A DNA stretch of 64,000 nt from Raja brachyura (taxonomy: Eukaryota), in the NCBI GenBank assembly GCA_963514005.1, contig OY740787.1, positions 73,718,001-73,782,000 on the forward strand, in the 5' to 3' direction. Numbering within the stretch: the stretch's first letter is position 1; each line of letters begins with the position of its first letter. Position numbers and translations under genes: made by a program. Positions 1 through 13,172 of the stretch are shown piece by piece. A model generated the notes under the pieces. It saw nothing but the letters and a program-made list of their open reading frames with translations, was not told the DNA's origin and did no database searches.

Positions 1-400
1 ACATTAAGAATGGCATCCACCCCAGTTTTGCATTGTGAAGTAGCTAATGAAGTTGGTTTGAGAACTGCAGAGGACTCAGGAAATGCCTGACAGAAAAGGC
101 AAGTGGGTGTTTGAGGTTATGCTATTTATATGGAGCCTCTGTATGTTTTGGATGAATGTGTGTATGGCATGGTGAATGCGCATAAAGTTGCAAATCTTGG
201 ACGTGACTACTCCCAAATCCATTTAGGTTAAATGAATGATAAATAGGCAAAAAATATATACTGCTTCTATTTGAACAACACAATTTGAATATTGGAAGCA
301 CAAGGAACTGCAGATGTTGGAATCTTGAGCAAATCACAAACTACTGAAGTAACTCAGCAGGTCAGGCAGCATCTGTGGAGGGATTAGATTAGCACCATTT

Positions 401-1153
401 CAATAGACAATAGGTGCAGGAGTAGGCCATTTGGCCCTTCGAGCCAGCACCACCATTCAATGTGATCATGGCTGATCATCCCCAATCAGTACCCCATTCC
501 TGACTTCTCCCCATATCCCCTGACTCCGTTACTTTTAAGAGCCCTATCTAGCTCTCTCTTGAAAGCATCCAGAGAACCCGCCTCCACCGCCCTCCGAGGC
601 AGAGAATTCCACAGACTCTTCACTCTCTGTGAGAAAAAGTGTTTCCTCGTCTCCGTTCTAAATGGCTTACTCCTTATTCTTGAATTGTGGCCTCTGGTTC
701 TGGACTCCCCCAACATCGGGAACATTTTTCCTGCCTCTAGTGTGTCCAAGCCCTTAACAATCTTATATATCTCAATGAGATCCCCTCTCATCCTTCTAAA
801 CTCCAGAGTGTACAAGCCCAGCAGCTCCATTCTCTCAGCATATGATAGTCCCGCCATTCCGGGAATTAACCTTGTAAACCTACGCTGCACTCCCTCAATA
901 GCAAGAACGTCCTTCCTCAAATTAGGGGACCAAAACTACACACAATACTCCAGGTGTGGTCTCACTAGGGCTCTGTACAACTACAGGAGGACCTCTTTGC
1001 TCCTATATTTGATTCCTCTTGTTATAAAGGCCAACATGCCATTTGCTTACTTCACTGCCTGCTGTACCTGCATGCTTACTTTCATAGGCTGATGTACAAG
1101 GACCCCCAGATTCTGTTGTACTTCCCCTTTTCCAAACTTTACGCCATTTAGAT
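401..1153 (-). mobile_element. CR1-type LINE, 5'-truncated 3' portion
   Basis: ORF 486..920 reads LAIEGVQRRFTRLIPGM...RRMRGDLIE...WNSLP (CR1 ORF2 C-terminus); 3' UTR and short (ctattg) tail at about 401. Confidence 0.93.
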
Positions 1154-1479
1154 TTTAGGTTGGGACCCTTTAGTCTGAATGAGTATTTGAGTATTTCCGG
1201 ATTATGATTCCTGTTTATATCTAGACTTGGAGCTCATTAAGAAAGCTGAGGAAATAAAAGATCACATTATAGGCCCAACTACAGTAAAGCTCAGATAGTC
1301 CAGCAATTTCAGCACATTGGTGGTTCAGGAACAGTTAATGTTCCAGGACGATTAGATGGTATTCCTATTAATCCCACTGTTCACAAAAAAAAACTAAAGT
1401 TTTCCAATGAATCGACGAGTTAAAATGCAAGAAATGGTGCACAAATGAACTAGAGCCAAACTGTGATTTTTGCAGAGCT

Positions 1480-2392
1480 GGATAGCAGATTATCAGAGTT
1501 TTTTTATTGTATATGGAAATATTAAATTGCAAGTTAGAATGAATAAAAATACATTCTCTGTTGTGAATGTGAAGTAACCTGGTGTTTTATTATTCATTAT
1601 GGAAGATACACAAACTTGAAAAATGTAAAACATATAAAAGAGCTTAAGGGCTGCCATCTTATGAGATAAATATTCATACAGTCATAGCGTACAACAGGGT
1701 ACAATGATAGTGTGAAATTCAACAAGCTCTCCACTGAAGTTAGTTTTATAAAAAAAATTATACTATGCTTTATACAAACATCACATTTGTTCTGAGTAAT
1801 ATGCAGTGGATTGCTAGAATTGTTTTTGGAGATTTTGGCGTTCCTACACAATTTGTAGATATTACAGTGTATTTCAGAGTAATATTGTTTAAAATTAAAG
1901 GAAATAGAACTATTGTAATAAATCCAAATATATGCAACTAATAAACCATTTATTCCATTTACCATCAATGAAGAATGATAGGTACAAATCTTTTCCTGCC
2001 TTACCTGAAATAATTTACACAGAAGGAAGCTAGATCATCTCCAGATAGTGATTATATAAATTTTCCTCCGCATTTCAACAGCTTTCAGTTGTTTTTTAAA
2101 ACAGCTGTTTCTTGTACACAAATGATTTTAAAACCCAACCAACATTGTAGTGTAATTATAACAAATGTAGCTGCTATTTAAGTGAAACCAGTTTTGCCAC
2201 TATGCAGTAAATCAATCAAGCATATCATAACAACGTAATAAAAACCACTGGTCTACAATGTATGTCTATGAAAAATGATTCAGTTTCATAACTGCTTTTT
2301 AGACTAAAGTGAAACAATTCTACAGTTATTAGTTTGTAAACCTGTACTGTAGAACATGTTAAATTTCAATCTTGCCTCCACTAAATTCCAAC
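1480..2392 (-). other. Probable NCKAP1 3' UTR with candidate poly(A) signals
   Basis: AT-rich, repeat-free stretch after the stop; minus-strand AATAAA at 1949-1954, 1586-1591 and 1503-1508. The true 3' end is unknown. Confidence 0.6.
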
Positions 2393-2509
2393 TTAAGCCG
2401 AAGATGTAACACTTTGCTTGTAGACAGCGTGGTATGCATTTCGCAGGAGGACATAGGGAAAACAAGACTCCAGCAGATCCATTGTCAGGAAAGGCGACTC
2501 TTGAACAAT
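2393..2509 (-). CDS. NCKAP1: NCKAP1 terminal coding exon: [38 protein letters not shown]
   Basis: 117 nt including TAA stop (2393-2395), ttttctgcag acceptor; the C-terminus matches NCKAP1 as recalled and supports it over the paralogue NCKAP1L. Confidence 0.97.
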
Positions 2510-3208
2510 CTGCAGAAAAGTCCACCCACACGTCACTAATTTTATACAGTGGCATTTCAATCACCAATGTCAGCCTCACTGTTGCTAAGCTTATGTAATC
2601 GTGCAAACAAACCACAAAAGTCCCAACAAAAATGCTGTTAGCAGCCCAGCAAGAACACCATAAATATTACACCGAACAATCTTTTAAAAGAAAAAGAGGT
2701 CTGTAAATGCGAAGTTAAAACAAACACAGTGGCTCATTTCTCAAAGCATGTCAAGCTAGATGTTTGCAGATGAGCTCATGACATAAAACATGACTGCTGA
2801 GTGCAAGCAATTACCCTGGTTAGAGTTTGCCTGAATCTAAATCTATTTTGTAACACTGTTCTAATTGTTTGCTACTGGGTCTGCAGAACCAGGATAAAGA
2901 CTAGGTTAAAATAAAATCTAGATTGAATTATTGTACTGCTTAGATAGAATACGATTACAATCACAAATGATATACGAGGGTACTATTTGGCAATGAGCAA
3001 TAGGCCACTGCAGAGTTGTACAGATGATGCCAAGTTACCTCTAAAGTACTAAGGGATTGACGAAAGGCTTATTGGCACATAAGTTTGGGTAAAAAGTTTT
3101 TAACAATATGCTTGGAAGGGAAAATCTATTTCTATTTCTTAATGATTCTAAATTTCTTGGACACGACTGCATACAATTTAACTGTAAGCAATGTAACTTA
3201 ATACTTAC

Positions 3209-3298
3209 CATGTCAAGCAGAAGGTAAACAGATTCTCTGTTTCTGGTAGTGGTCTTGTCGGTCTCCTGTCCGATTTTTAACAAACTGGAAGATGCGAG
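3209..3298 (-). CDS. NCKAP1: NCKAP1 penultimate exon: [30 protein letters not shown]
   Basis: 90 nt, ctctag acceptor and gtaagt donor, phase 0/0. Confidence 0.97.
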
Positions 3299-3417
3299 CT
3301 AGAGCAAAAGATTTGTTAACATTAGTTGTGTTTTTAAACAGTCTGACCAAGTATAGGTACTATGGTTCTTTACAAAAAACCTATTAAATAAATTGTAGAA
3401 ATTCAGACATCAAGTCA

Positions 3418-3665
3418 AAGTTACATAGAACAGCACAGGAACAGGCCCTTCAGCCTACAATGTCTGTGCCAAGTATGTTGCCAAGATTAACTAATCTCCT
3501 TTGCCTGCACGTAATCCATATTCCTTCATACCCTGCATATTCATGTGTATCCAAAAGCCTCAAATGCCATTGTCCTATGTGCCTCCACTGCCATCCCTGA
3601 CAGCATGTTCCAGGCACCTGCCACCGTCCTTGTAAAATAAATTGGTTTGCACATGTCACTTAAGC
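3418..3665 (-). mobile_element. CR1 3' end fragment, degraded
   Basis: acaggcccttcagcc 3' UTR motif followed by degenerate ORF2 end (AWNMLSGMAVEA). Confidence 0.7.
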
Positions 3666-4429
3666 CTCGAGAAAAAAAGTTATTTGGCTTCATATCTTCT
3701 GACACCAATGACCAGTAGCAGGAATTCATAAATACAGATTAGAAAAACATAAAAACATGCTAAAAGGGAACAGTTTTTTAATGTGTACAAAGCAAGGTGA
3801 TAAACCAAGTACTGAAGTTACTTTCTCAAATGCATTTGTTCTGAACTTCAGTATGTTATAGAGCTGACAAGATAACAGGACATTGTAGAGTTAGTAATAA
3901 ATAACAAAGTAGATTTAGTTAAAAGTTTGGATGGTAAAATAATATTGTGTAAATAAACAGCAAAATGTCATGATACATCCAACGAATAAAGGATGAGGCT
4001 TTAATGCAAAAAAAAGTGAATACCCAGAAAATGGGATTGGTTTAAATTGGCTCATGGTTGGCTAGAAGATCATGGGTCACAGAACGTGTTTGAGCTGTAC
4101 TGTGACTGGGAGAGCTATTAAAATGCAACAAAGCATTAGAAATGCACAGCAAACAAAAAATCGCAGGGAATTGACATTGAGATAGGGGAATAAATGTGAG
4201 ATTGGGTAATAAATTGAATTCTGGGCCAATTAAAAGGACAAACTATGAAAACAATAAACTGTAGATGCTGAAATTCTGAGCAAATATTTTTTTTTTTTTC
4301 AGATTTCCAGCATCTGCAGATTTATTTATTTCCAAAGTAAGCACTTCAAATTTGTTTTCAGTGCAGTAACAAAACAGATATAATACAAATTAAAAGTTGG
4401 TAATGGATATAAACAAGATCCATGATATA

Positions 4430-7400
4430 AAACCTCCAGGAGTAAATAGTTTCCAGCCAGAGGTAACTAAAATAAATTGAATGTGGAGAAGGCAGATGCA
4501 CTGGTAATAATTTTCCAAGCCTTTCTAAATTAATGTACTATATCATTGAGCTGGTAAATATGGAGAATTGAAGAAACAAGGTCACTAAAGATCTGGGAGC
4601 TTAATCTCTATTTATGGAAATTACTGGTAAATGTCACCTTGATTCAATATTTAGACAAGCATAACATGATACAAAAGTTTAAGGTGGATATCTATGACTT
4701 GTTTTGAGGGAAATGCGATCTTGACTAAGGCAGGACTTCCTGATGTCCCCACCCAAGAAGTAAGTCTCAAGCCAATTTAATTTGCTCCATGTATAATCAA
4801 GAAACATTAGAGAGCACCAGAACAGCAAAGGCTGTGGGACCAGAAAACACCCAGTTCTAGCACAGAAGACCTACACTCCAGAACCACTTGCACCTCTATC
4901 CTAGTTGTTCCAGTACACAACTATAATACTGGCATCTACCCAAAGTGGAAAATTATACAGCTATGCCCTGTTTATAAAACGCAGAACCAATCTATTAATT
5001 TAGTTATCATCAGTCAGTCAATCTCACAGATCAACAGGGCAATGGAAGCCACCATCAACAGTCCCAGCAAACAGCGTTAATGCACACCCTGTGCGTGTTT
5101 CAGCTGGACCATTTACTTCCAGACCATATCACAGCCTTGGTGCAAAGAGTTTCAGAGGTGAGACACTATACGATGAAGTGTATTATCAAGCTGTCCTGAA
5201 AACATTGAAGATTGGACATAGGAAATTGTCCACAGTAACTCGTTCAATGAGATCTATGTACTATCACCACTGAGCAGAAACTCAGGAAATTATTCACACA
5301 AATAATGTGGCTACGATAGCAGCCCAGTGTTCGCCATTCTGCAGTGAATAACCCACCTCCTGACAACCTAAGGAACTATGATGGCATATTCTATCCAACC
5401 TGGTTGAGTAAAGCACCAATAAGTCCCAAAGTACTATTTCCATGCTGGGCAATGCAGTCCAATTGACTGGCACCTCATCAATAACCTCTTTAGCACAATA
5501 ACTGCGGTGGGTACTACCTACAAAATACACTGCAGTTTATTGCCCAGATTGCACACTGCACCTTTCAAATCTTTGACTATTACCAAAGGCAGAAGATACA
5601 TTGGAGCACTACCATCTCCAGGTTCCTAATCAAGTCACGTCGGAGACAGACAGAAAGAAATGACCAGTTCCGGAACTCCTAACAGACTGTGGGAATATTT
5701 TTATCAGAGAGGCAACCGTGCTCAAAGGAGGCAACACAACACACCAAGGGCAATTAGCAACATGCATAAATGCTGCCAGGAATACCCTGGCAGAAATGGA
5801 ACTTCCACACTGATTTTCAAGCGAAAGGCACTGATAACAGGGAAAAATAGCAAAGCATTAGGAAACAAGTTTAAAAGTGGGAAGGGGAAGAAACAGGAGC
5901 TAGAAAATGGACAGTACAGCTATTTGGCAGCATTTTATATACACTTCAACTCAAAGAATCTAGAAGTAGATGATATGAAATAAGCACATATATTGAAGAT
6001 GTTAACTATTATTGAAATGTAATCAGGGGACAGGAATGAGCAGCTCAACAAATTTGGCTCAGGATTTCTGAATCAGTTTGGGATTAAAAAATGTTTACAA
6101 ACCAATTGCAACTGCGAGGAAGAACATGCCGCTGTAAGGATAAACAAATTAGGTCACATGGGTTCAACTGAGAATAGATGCACCGCCAGCAAAACGACAC
6201 TGGAGATAGTAGTGTGTTGAGGGAGGAGAGAGCGAGAGTTCAGAATAAACATATTCCTAACTTGGGGCTGGGTGGGGAATTAATCAAAAAAGGAATACAT
6301 TTTAAAAGGAGTTAGAATAATTCTGGATGACATAAAAAGTTAAATCATGGAAGCCACAATGATGTTTTCTAATTATTTACCTGCCTCTTAATACAAGGGA
6401 AGAATATGGCCAATCAGAGGCAGAATGTGTGCAGATAAATCTGGGTCTGATTCCCAATAAATTCTTTCCATCTGCATTCAAGCACTAGCAAACAATTCTC
6501 ACCATAGTTAAAGTACTGGGTGATATATTTTAATAGAATATGAAGTAGAAGAAATAAGAGTTGAGTAATTTTGCAAGTATGCACCATATACTGCAGGTTA
6601 TTAAGAGAAACAAGGCAAGAAAGAGTGGATGAGAGTGAATGGCAGTGCTGACTAACACTTCTCAATCATCACTGGCTGAAGGTCGGATTGTTCAAAAAGA
6701 AAGACAATGTTCGGCGAAATAATTACTGCCCAGTCAATGTCATGTCTGATGAGTGAATGATTGGAGAAAATGCCTTGAGGCCATTTTGGTCTTCATCAGG
6801 AGAGGAGGTCCATGGGGAGGAGTCAATGCCACCTGAACACAAGTCGTGGTCTGTTCAACCACGGCTGGGTCGCCTGGGTGAGGGTGTCTGATGTTGAAAG
6901 ACCCGAAACACCCAGTGACCCCAGGTTACATCACTGATGATGTGTTCAGGAGCATCAATAGATGTATTTTTTATCAAATAGGCATGCAATAAAAATGGTG
7001 GTCAGTATATTTTGCAAAGGTCATATCTGTTTTAATTTGTGATAAATTGGATGATTTGTGAAGATAGTACATTCAAAAGTTTCTAATGGATTTTATAAAC
7101 ACTTTTGATAAGGAGCCGGGTGGCAGACCAGTAAAAAAAAAATCGCCTATGAGCCTAATTTAGCTCAGTAACTGGAGCAAATAGTAAAGTTTGACAACTG
7201 GATAATTTACAGTAGTTTAAGAGTTCAGTGCTATATCCTTTTCATTTGTGTGGTATATACACATTTAGGGACTACGCTTAAGAGGCTTGTGGCTGATACA
7301 GATGCTGGATACAATTGATACCAAGTATGAAAATTAAAGAACATCAGAAGATGTCAATAGTTGGTGGCAAATGGAATTCACTCTGGATAACCATGAGCAG

Positions 7401-8790
7401 TTGTATTTAGGGAGGGCAATCACAGGAAGTGAACACAAAATAAATGGTAGTGTACTGTAGAGAACTGTAGGGAACAGAGGACAATAAGGCAGATAGATCA
7501 GGTGACTGATTCAGCATATGGCCAACAACATGAGCAGTTTTCAGCAACTCCAATAAACAATTAGGTCAGCTACATTACTATATAGTTCCGGTCACCAGAT
7601 ATACAGGTGCTAGACAGGATGGGCGCAGAAAACTAACATAGACATTTACCTGGACGGAAATATTTTAATAAACTGGGTAAGTTGGAGTCATTTTCCTCAA
7701 ATAATTGACAGCCTATGAGGATATAATTGAGGTGTATAAAGCAGAGGAGCACAGATACATTAGACCTAATTCCATTAGCGGACCCAGTAACCAGGCTCAT
7801 AGGTTTACAGTAACTTTTGAAAGTAGAGGGAAATTGTAATTTCACCCAGACGGCATTTAGGATCTGGAGCACAAAACCCAAAAGAACGGTGAAGGCAGAA
7901 ATCCCCCATGTCATATCCTATTCGGCAATGGACGGAGTTATAAAGTTGGAAATAGGATGAGGCTCGGTAGCTGTTTTTTGACCAGCACATATAGTGCTCC
8001 AAATTGCCTAGTTTCATGCCTTTAACTTCTGTTTGTCTAGGCATTAAATGTTGGCTACTTCTAGGTCACTATGATGGAGGAAGAAGCATGCAGGAAGCCT
8101 GTCTATATAAACAGCCAAAATACTTTGATAAGGGATTGTTAGCAAAAATTACATGGGTGGGAGGTAGGAGATAGTAGGCAACATCCTCAGATTGGCAGGA
8201 TGTGCTGCTCCCCAGAGATCTGGTCTGGCGCCTCAGCAATTGCTGAGAAATAAAACATTATTCCATCAGCCAATTTTCCAATGAAACCAAATAGGAAGGC
8301 ACAGCAAGTTAGGTGGATGCAAAGAGGAAGTTACAAAGGGACATGAGCAGAATAAACAAATGGACAAAACCAGAGCATTTAATGAGAAAGATATTTTCTG
8401 AATTAGAGATGTAATATTTTCAGAAAAGTACATGAACAAAGCAATTTCAACAAGCAGGGTATATGTCACAAAAAAGTAGCACAAGGGCAAATAGAAACAG
8501 GTTTTTATCTCAATGAAGCTATATGCAGAGACGAAGCGATAAGGTTTTAAAAACAAAACCAGCCATTCAAGAGAAAAAAAAGTCAGTAATGTATGAGGTA
8601 GTGGAAATTTGTAACTTCTCCTCTAAATGACTAAATCAATTGAATTTATGACTGAGTTTGATAGATTTGTAGGAGGTATCAAGTGATAAGTAGAAAAGGC
8701 AAGGAAGTAGGAGGCACCGTCCAGCCATGATAGAGTTGAATGGTAAACAGGCTCGAGGGCTAATTGGTCTGGTTGTGTTGCAAATGAGTA
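4430..8790. mobile_element. Patchwork of highly decayed CR1-like LINE fragments, mostly plus strand
   Basis: Scattered degenerate RT and 3' UTR motifs (about 4480-4720, 4930-5060, 6700-6760, 7330-7995, 8570-8780); boundaries approximate. Confidence 0.5.
6794..6970 (+). mobile_element. 3' end of a Hero-like (restriction-like endonuclease) non-LTR retrotransposon
   Basis: ORF end IRRGGPWGGVNAT* followed by the UTR gggtgtctgatgttgaaagacccgaaacacccagtgaccccaggttacatcactgatgatgtg, which I recall as typical of fish Hero elements. Confidence 0.6.
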
Positions 8791-9562
8791 ACAGATCTCT
8801 CTTCCACTTTCTGGTACCAAATAGCAGTTAAGAATAATGTTTGAAATAGCAATTGGAAAAATTTTATTCTTCAAATTGCACGCACCTCCAAGGATTTCTT
8901 GGATGCTGGGGTAGTAATTTTTTTTTCTTCAAATATTTGAAAGCAATTTTACAAATTTGAATTCCCTGCACAGGGCTTTGCATGCCTGGAGCTCATATCA
9001 GAAACTGGGCCGAGGTCACCACAGTCACAACACTGCCCATTAACTTTAATGGGCGGAAAATCCTGCGGCATGCGGATTGTGCATGAATTCCTGATGTGCA
9101 ATCCCACAGCCCAAATCTTTGCTTCAGGACTGTAAATTCATTAAATTGACTTTTATTTCTGCATCATCGTTTGAAAAATAAGGGTCCGACAATACTACTT
9201 ATTTCCCTCCCAAAATCGAATGTTACTTTAAAAAAGTAAGTTTCAGAAATTTAATGTGTAACCTTCCCTCAATCTCTTCTCTGAATTTTATAATATTCAA
9301 CTTTTCATTGTCAAACTGAACAGTCAGAAAAGTCCATATTCCCAAATGACCTGTTTGCAACTTCAGCTAAAATAAAGTTACCCAATTTCAAAATTATACA
9401 TGTTCGTAACAGATGAATTTAAATATTTTAAATGTACACCACAATTCGGTTCACTATCAGTCCTTTCTTTCAGAATTTAAGTCTATCTGTTAAAAACATC
9501 AACTTTACTTCCCTCTCAATAATCACAAACTTAATTTTCCAGAAAAAGCTTCATTAGGTTAG

Positions 9563-11375
9563 TTAAAACAAATGTAGGTACCTTGCAGTCAGAAACTGGT
9601 GAATTGATCATGGGGAACAAGGACATGGCAGACCAATTGAATAACTACTTTGGTTCTGTCTTCACTAAGGAAGAAATACATAATCTGCCGGAAATAGCAG
9701 GGGACCGGGGGTCAAATGAGATGGAGGAACTGAGTGAAATCCAGGTTAGCCGGGAAGTGGTGTTAGGTAAATTGAATGGATTAAAGGCCGATAAATCCCC
9801 AGGCCCAGATAGGCTGCATCCCAGAGTACTTAAGGAAGTAGCCCCAGAAATAGTGGATGCATTAGTGATAATTTTTCAAAACTCTTTAGATTCTGGAGTA
9901 GTTCCTGAGGATTGGAGGGTAGCTAATGTAACTCCACTTTTTTAAAAAGGGAGGGAGAGAGAAAATGGGGAATTACAGACCAGTTAGTCTAACATCGGTA
10001 GTGGGGAAAATGCTAGAGTCAGTTATTAAAGATGGGATAGCAGCACATTTGGAAAGTGGTGAAATCATTGGACAAAGTCAGCATGGATTTATGAAAGGTA
10101 AATCATGTCTGACGAATCTTATAGAATTTTTCGAGGATGTAACTAGCAGAGTGCATAAGGGAAAATCTGTGGATGTGTTATATCTGGACTTTCAGAAGGC
10201 TTTCAACAAGGTCCCACATAAGAGATTAGTATACAAACTTAAAGCACACGGTATTGGGGGTTCAGTATTGATGTGGATACAGAACTGGCTGGCAGACAGG
10301 TATCAAATAGTAGGAGTAAACGGGTCCTTTTCAGAATGGCAGGCAGTGACTAGTGGGGTATCGCAAGGCTCCGTGCTGGGACACCAGCTATTTACAATAT
10401 ATATTAATGATCTGGATGAGGGAATTGAATGCAACATCTCCAAGTTTGCGGATAACACGAAGCTGGGGGGCAGTGTTATCTGTGAGGAGGATGCTAGGAG
10501 GCTGCAAGGTGACTTGGATAGGTTGGGTGAGTGGGCAAATGCATGGCAGATGCAGTATAATGTGGATAAATGTGAGGTTATCCACTTTGGTGGCAAAAAC
10601 AGGAAAGTAGACTATTATCTGAATGGTGGCCGATTAGGAAAAGGGGAGATGCAACGAGACCTGGGTGTCATGGTACACCAGTCTTGAAAGTAGGCATGCA
10701 GGTGCAGCAGGCAGTGAAGAAAGCGAACGGTATGTTGGCATTCATAGCAAAAGGATTTGAATACAAGAGCAGGGAGGTTCTACTGCAGTTGTACAGGGTC
10801 TTGATGAGGCCACACGTGGAGCATTGCACACAGTTTTGGTCTCCTAATCTGAGGAAATACATTCTTGCCATAGAGGGAGTACAGAGAAGGTTCACCAGAC
10901 TGATTCCTGGGATGGCATGACTTCCATATGAAGAAAGACTGGATAGGCTCGGCTTGTACTAGATGGAACTTAGAAGATTGAGGGGGGGATCTTATAGAGA
11001 CTTACAAAATTCTTAAGGGGTTGGACAGGCTAGATGCAGGAAGATTGTTCCCGATGTTGGGGAAGTCCAGAACAAGGGGTCACAGTTTAAGGATAAGGGG
11101 GAAGTCTTTTAGGTTAAGTTTGAGATGAGAAAATCATTTTCCACACAGAGAGTGGTGAATCTGTGGAATTCTTTGCCACAGAAGGTAGTTGAGGCCAGTT
11201 CATTGGCTATATTTAAGAGGGAGTTAGATGTGGCCCTTGTGGCTAAAGGATCAGGGGGTATGGAAAGAAGGCAGGTACAGGATACAGAGTTGGATGATCA
11301 GCCATGATCATATTGAATGGCGGTGCAGGCTCGAAGGGCCGAATGGCCTACTCCTGCACCTATTTTCTATGTTTC
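9563..11375 (+). mobile_element. CR1-type LINE, 5'-truncated, RT domain with frameshifts
   Basis: KSPGPD, NYRPVSLTSVVGK, QHGF, LDFQKAF, GVSQGSVLG, KFADN motifs spread over ORFs 9583..11307; 3' tail ctattttctatgtttc. Confidence 0.96.
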
Positions 11376-12849
11376 AAGTTCTATTTCTGAACTTGGGGTT
11401 CTCGCTGTAATATATATACTCCAAGAATTCCAATCCACACAGCTTAAAGCAGCTATCTAGCCTATTATGCCCATGTCCACACTACGTAAAGGTACATGAT
11501 CCACTTCTCTACTCTTTCCCTAGAATTATACAAATCCCTACCTTTCAAATATTTATCCAATTACCTTTTGGGAGCTATTAAACACGTTTCCTCCACTTCA
11601 AGGCATTGCCTTCCACATCACTTGCCATGCATTTAATTCCCTCTTTTATTTAGTTTTGTTTATTATTGTCACGTGGATCAAGATAGTGATAAGCTTGCTG
11701 TGTGCGCTATCCAATCAAATCAAACTGTAACGGCAATTTCAAACTTTTCCAATGTCCAATTTTCCATTGTCATTACTACACGGATAAGTGGGAGTGATCT
11801 TATATCAGATAAGAACGGAAAATTACTAAACTATATTTTCTTAATTGATTTCAAAATAAATGTTGCTTGTTATTGCATTAATTAGCAATATACAAATCGT
11901 TTAGTTTTTCTTATGGATAGCAGGTCGATCTAATAGTGCACATTAAAATCTACAAGTGATTTAGGATAAGATGTATTTATTTGGAGCATGCAACATCTGT
12001 TAAATCTCTTGGACCCTGTGTACTGCATCCGATTGTTTGGCAGACATCTATTCATTTCAAGTTAAATAAATGGCACTCTAAATTTGGAATTCAAAACATG
12101 GAGGTTAATACTCTTACCCACAAATGGCAGTAAAATAACGATTTAAAAGCAAAGTAATTTATTGCTCAGTGTATTAAATTTCACTCCGCTCAACTAGATG
12201 GGATTTAATGATTGCACGCCCAATTCTGAATTGAACAGTGCAATTTTTGAACAAGCAAAATACTATTTCATTTTCCAGAGAAAAAATGGTCTGTCATTTC
12301 AGCTCAAAGGTTTATTTATTCAAATAACTACCCATTTCTTTAAACTATCCCAAAACTAATAACAACTAATGCTGTGCTTTTGAAAATAGTCTCTTACAAA
12401 AGCAAATGCTGCAACTAATTTGCAAACAGAATACTACTGACAAAAATATTAAATATGACTATTTTTTATGGCTGAGTGATTATAATCTTGCACTGGTTAA
12501 AAGGCAAAACCTTATGCTCACTGCAAACGTTAATATGAAAAGGAGTTTTCTAAAACAATACTCAAGGAGAGTCTGGAACCATAAGCATTCTATCAGCCAG
12601 AATCCTCAGTTCATAGCCAAATAACCAAAGGAATGAGCATATAATCTAATTTATCATTTTGGTCCCATGCATTCACGAAAAGAGTGGGACAATATACTAC
12701 ACAGGACAAGCCAACATTTCCCTGTAGGGCATTCAGTGTAAAATTCTATTTTAATAAAGCAAAAGATTAAATCATAGCACTGCTTCACATAACACAATAC
12801 TTCCAAAAAACATTCTACTTTTGAACAGAAAACAAGGTAGTAATTCTAC

Positions 12850-13172
12850 TGGAGGCAGATGCTGGAATTTTGAGCAAAACAAAGTGCTGGAGTAACTGAA
12901 TGGGTTAGCCAGCATCTGTGGAGGGAATGTTTCGTGTCAGGACCATTCTTCAGACAGATTCAGCAAAACAAAGTGCTGGGGCAACTAAGTGGGTCAGGCA
13001 GCACCACAGCGGGTCAGGCAGTATCTATGGGGGGGGGGGGGGGGGGGGGGGGCGCAGCATCAGTCAAGCACAGTGTGAAGAACAGCATTAAACTGAAAGA
13101 GGATCCCAACCCAAAATGTTGCCTATCTATTAAAAATGCTGCCTGACTCGTTGAGATACTCCACCACTGTGC
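12850..13172. repeat. Composite of Penelope-derived arms with a 24-nt G run (13029-13052)
   Basis: Two tandem agcaaaacaaagtgctgg...aact arms and one inverted arm. Confidence 0.7.

Noticed and set aside
559-1092. 177-aa plus-strand ORF, and similar ORFs 10303..10596, 47891..48301 and 61469..61864
   Set aside because: Antisense shadows of CR1 or Rex1 reverse-transcriptase frames, not independent genes.
1597-1968. 123-aa ORF in the NCKAP1 3' UTR
   Set aside because: AT-rich composition, non-ATG start and no recognisable homology; most likely chance.
6882-6915. Hammerhead-like words ctgatg...gaaac in the Hero-like UTR
   Set aside because: Lacks the complete CUGANGA core (reads CUGAUGU) and a proper helix II.
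9030-9115. Palindromes gcccattaactttaatgggc and ggattgtgcat...atgtgcaatcc
   Set aside because: Probably remnants of an ancient MITE; too short and degraded to support a call.
13029-13052. 24-G run as a functional G-quadruplex
   Set aside because: It lies inside a decayed repeat; homopolymer length is error-prone and nothing else supports function.
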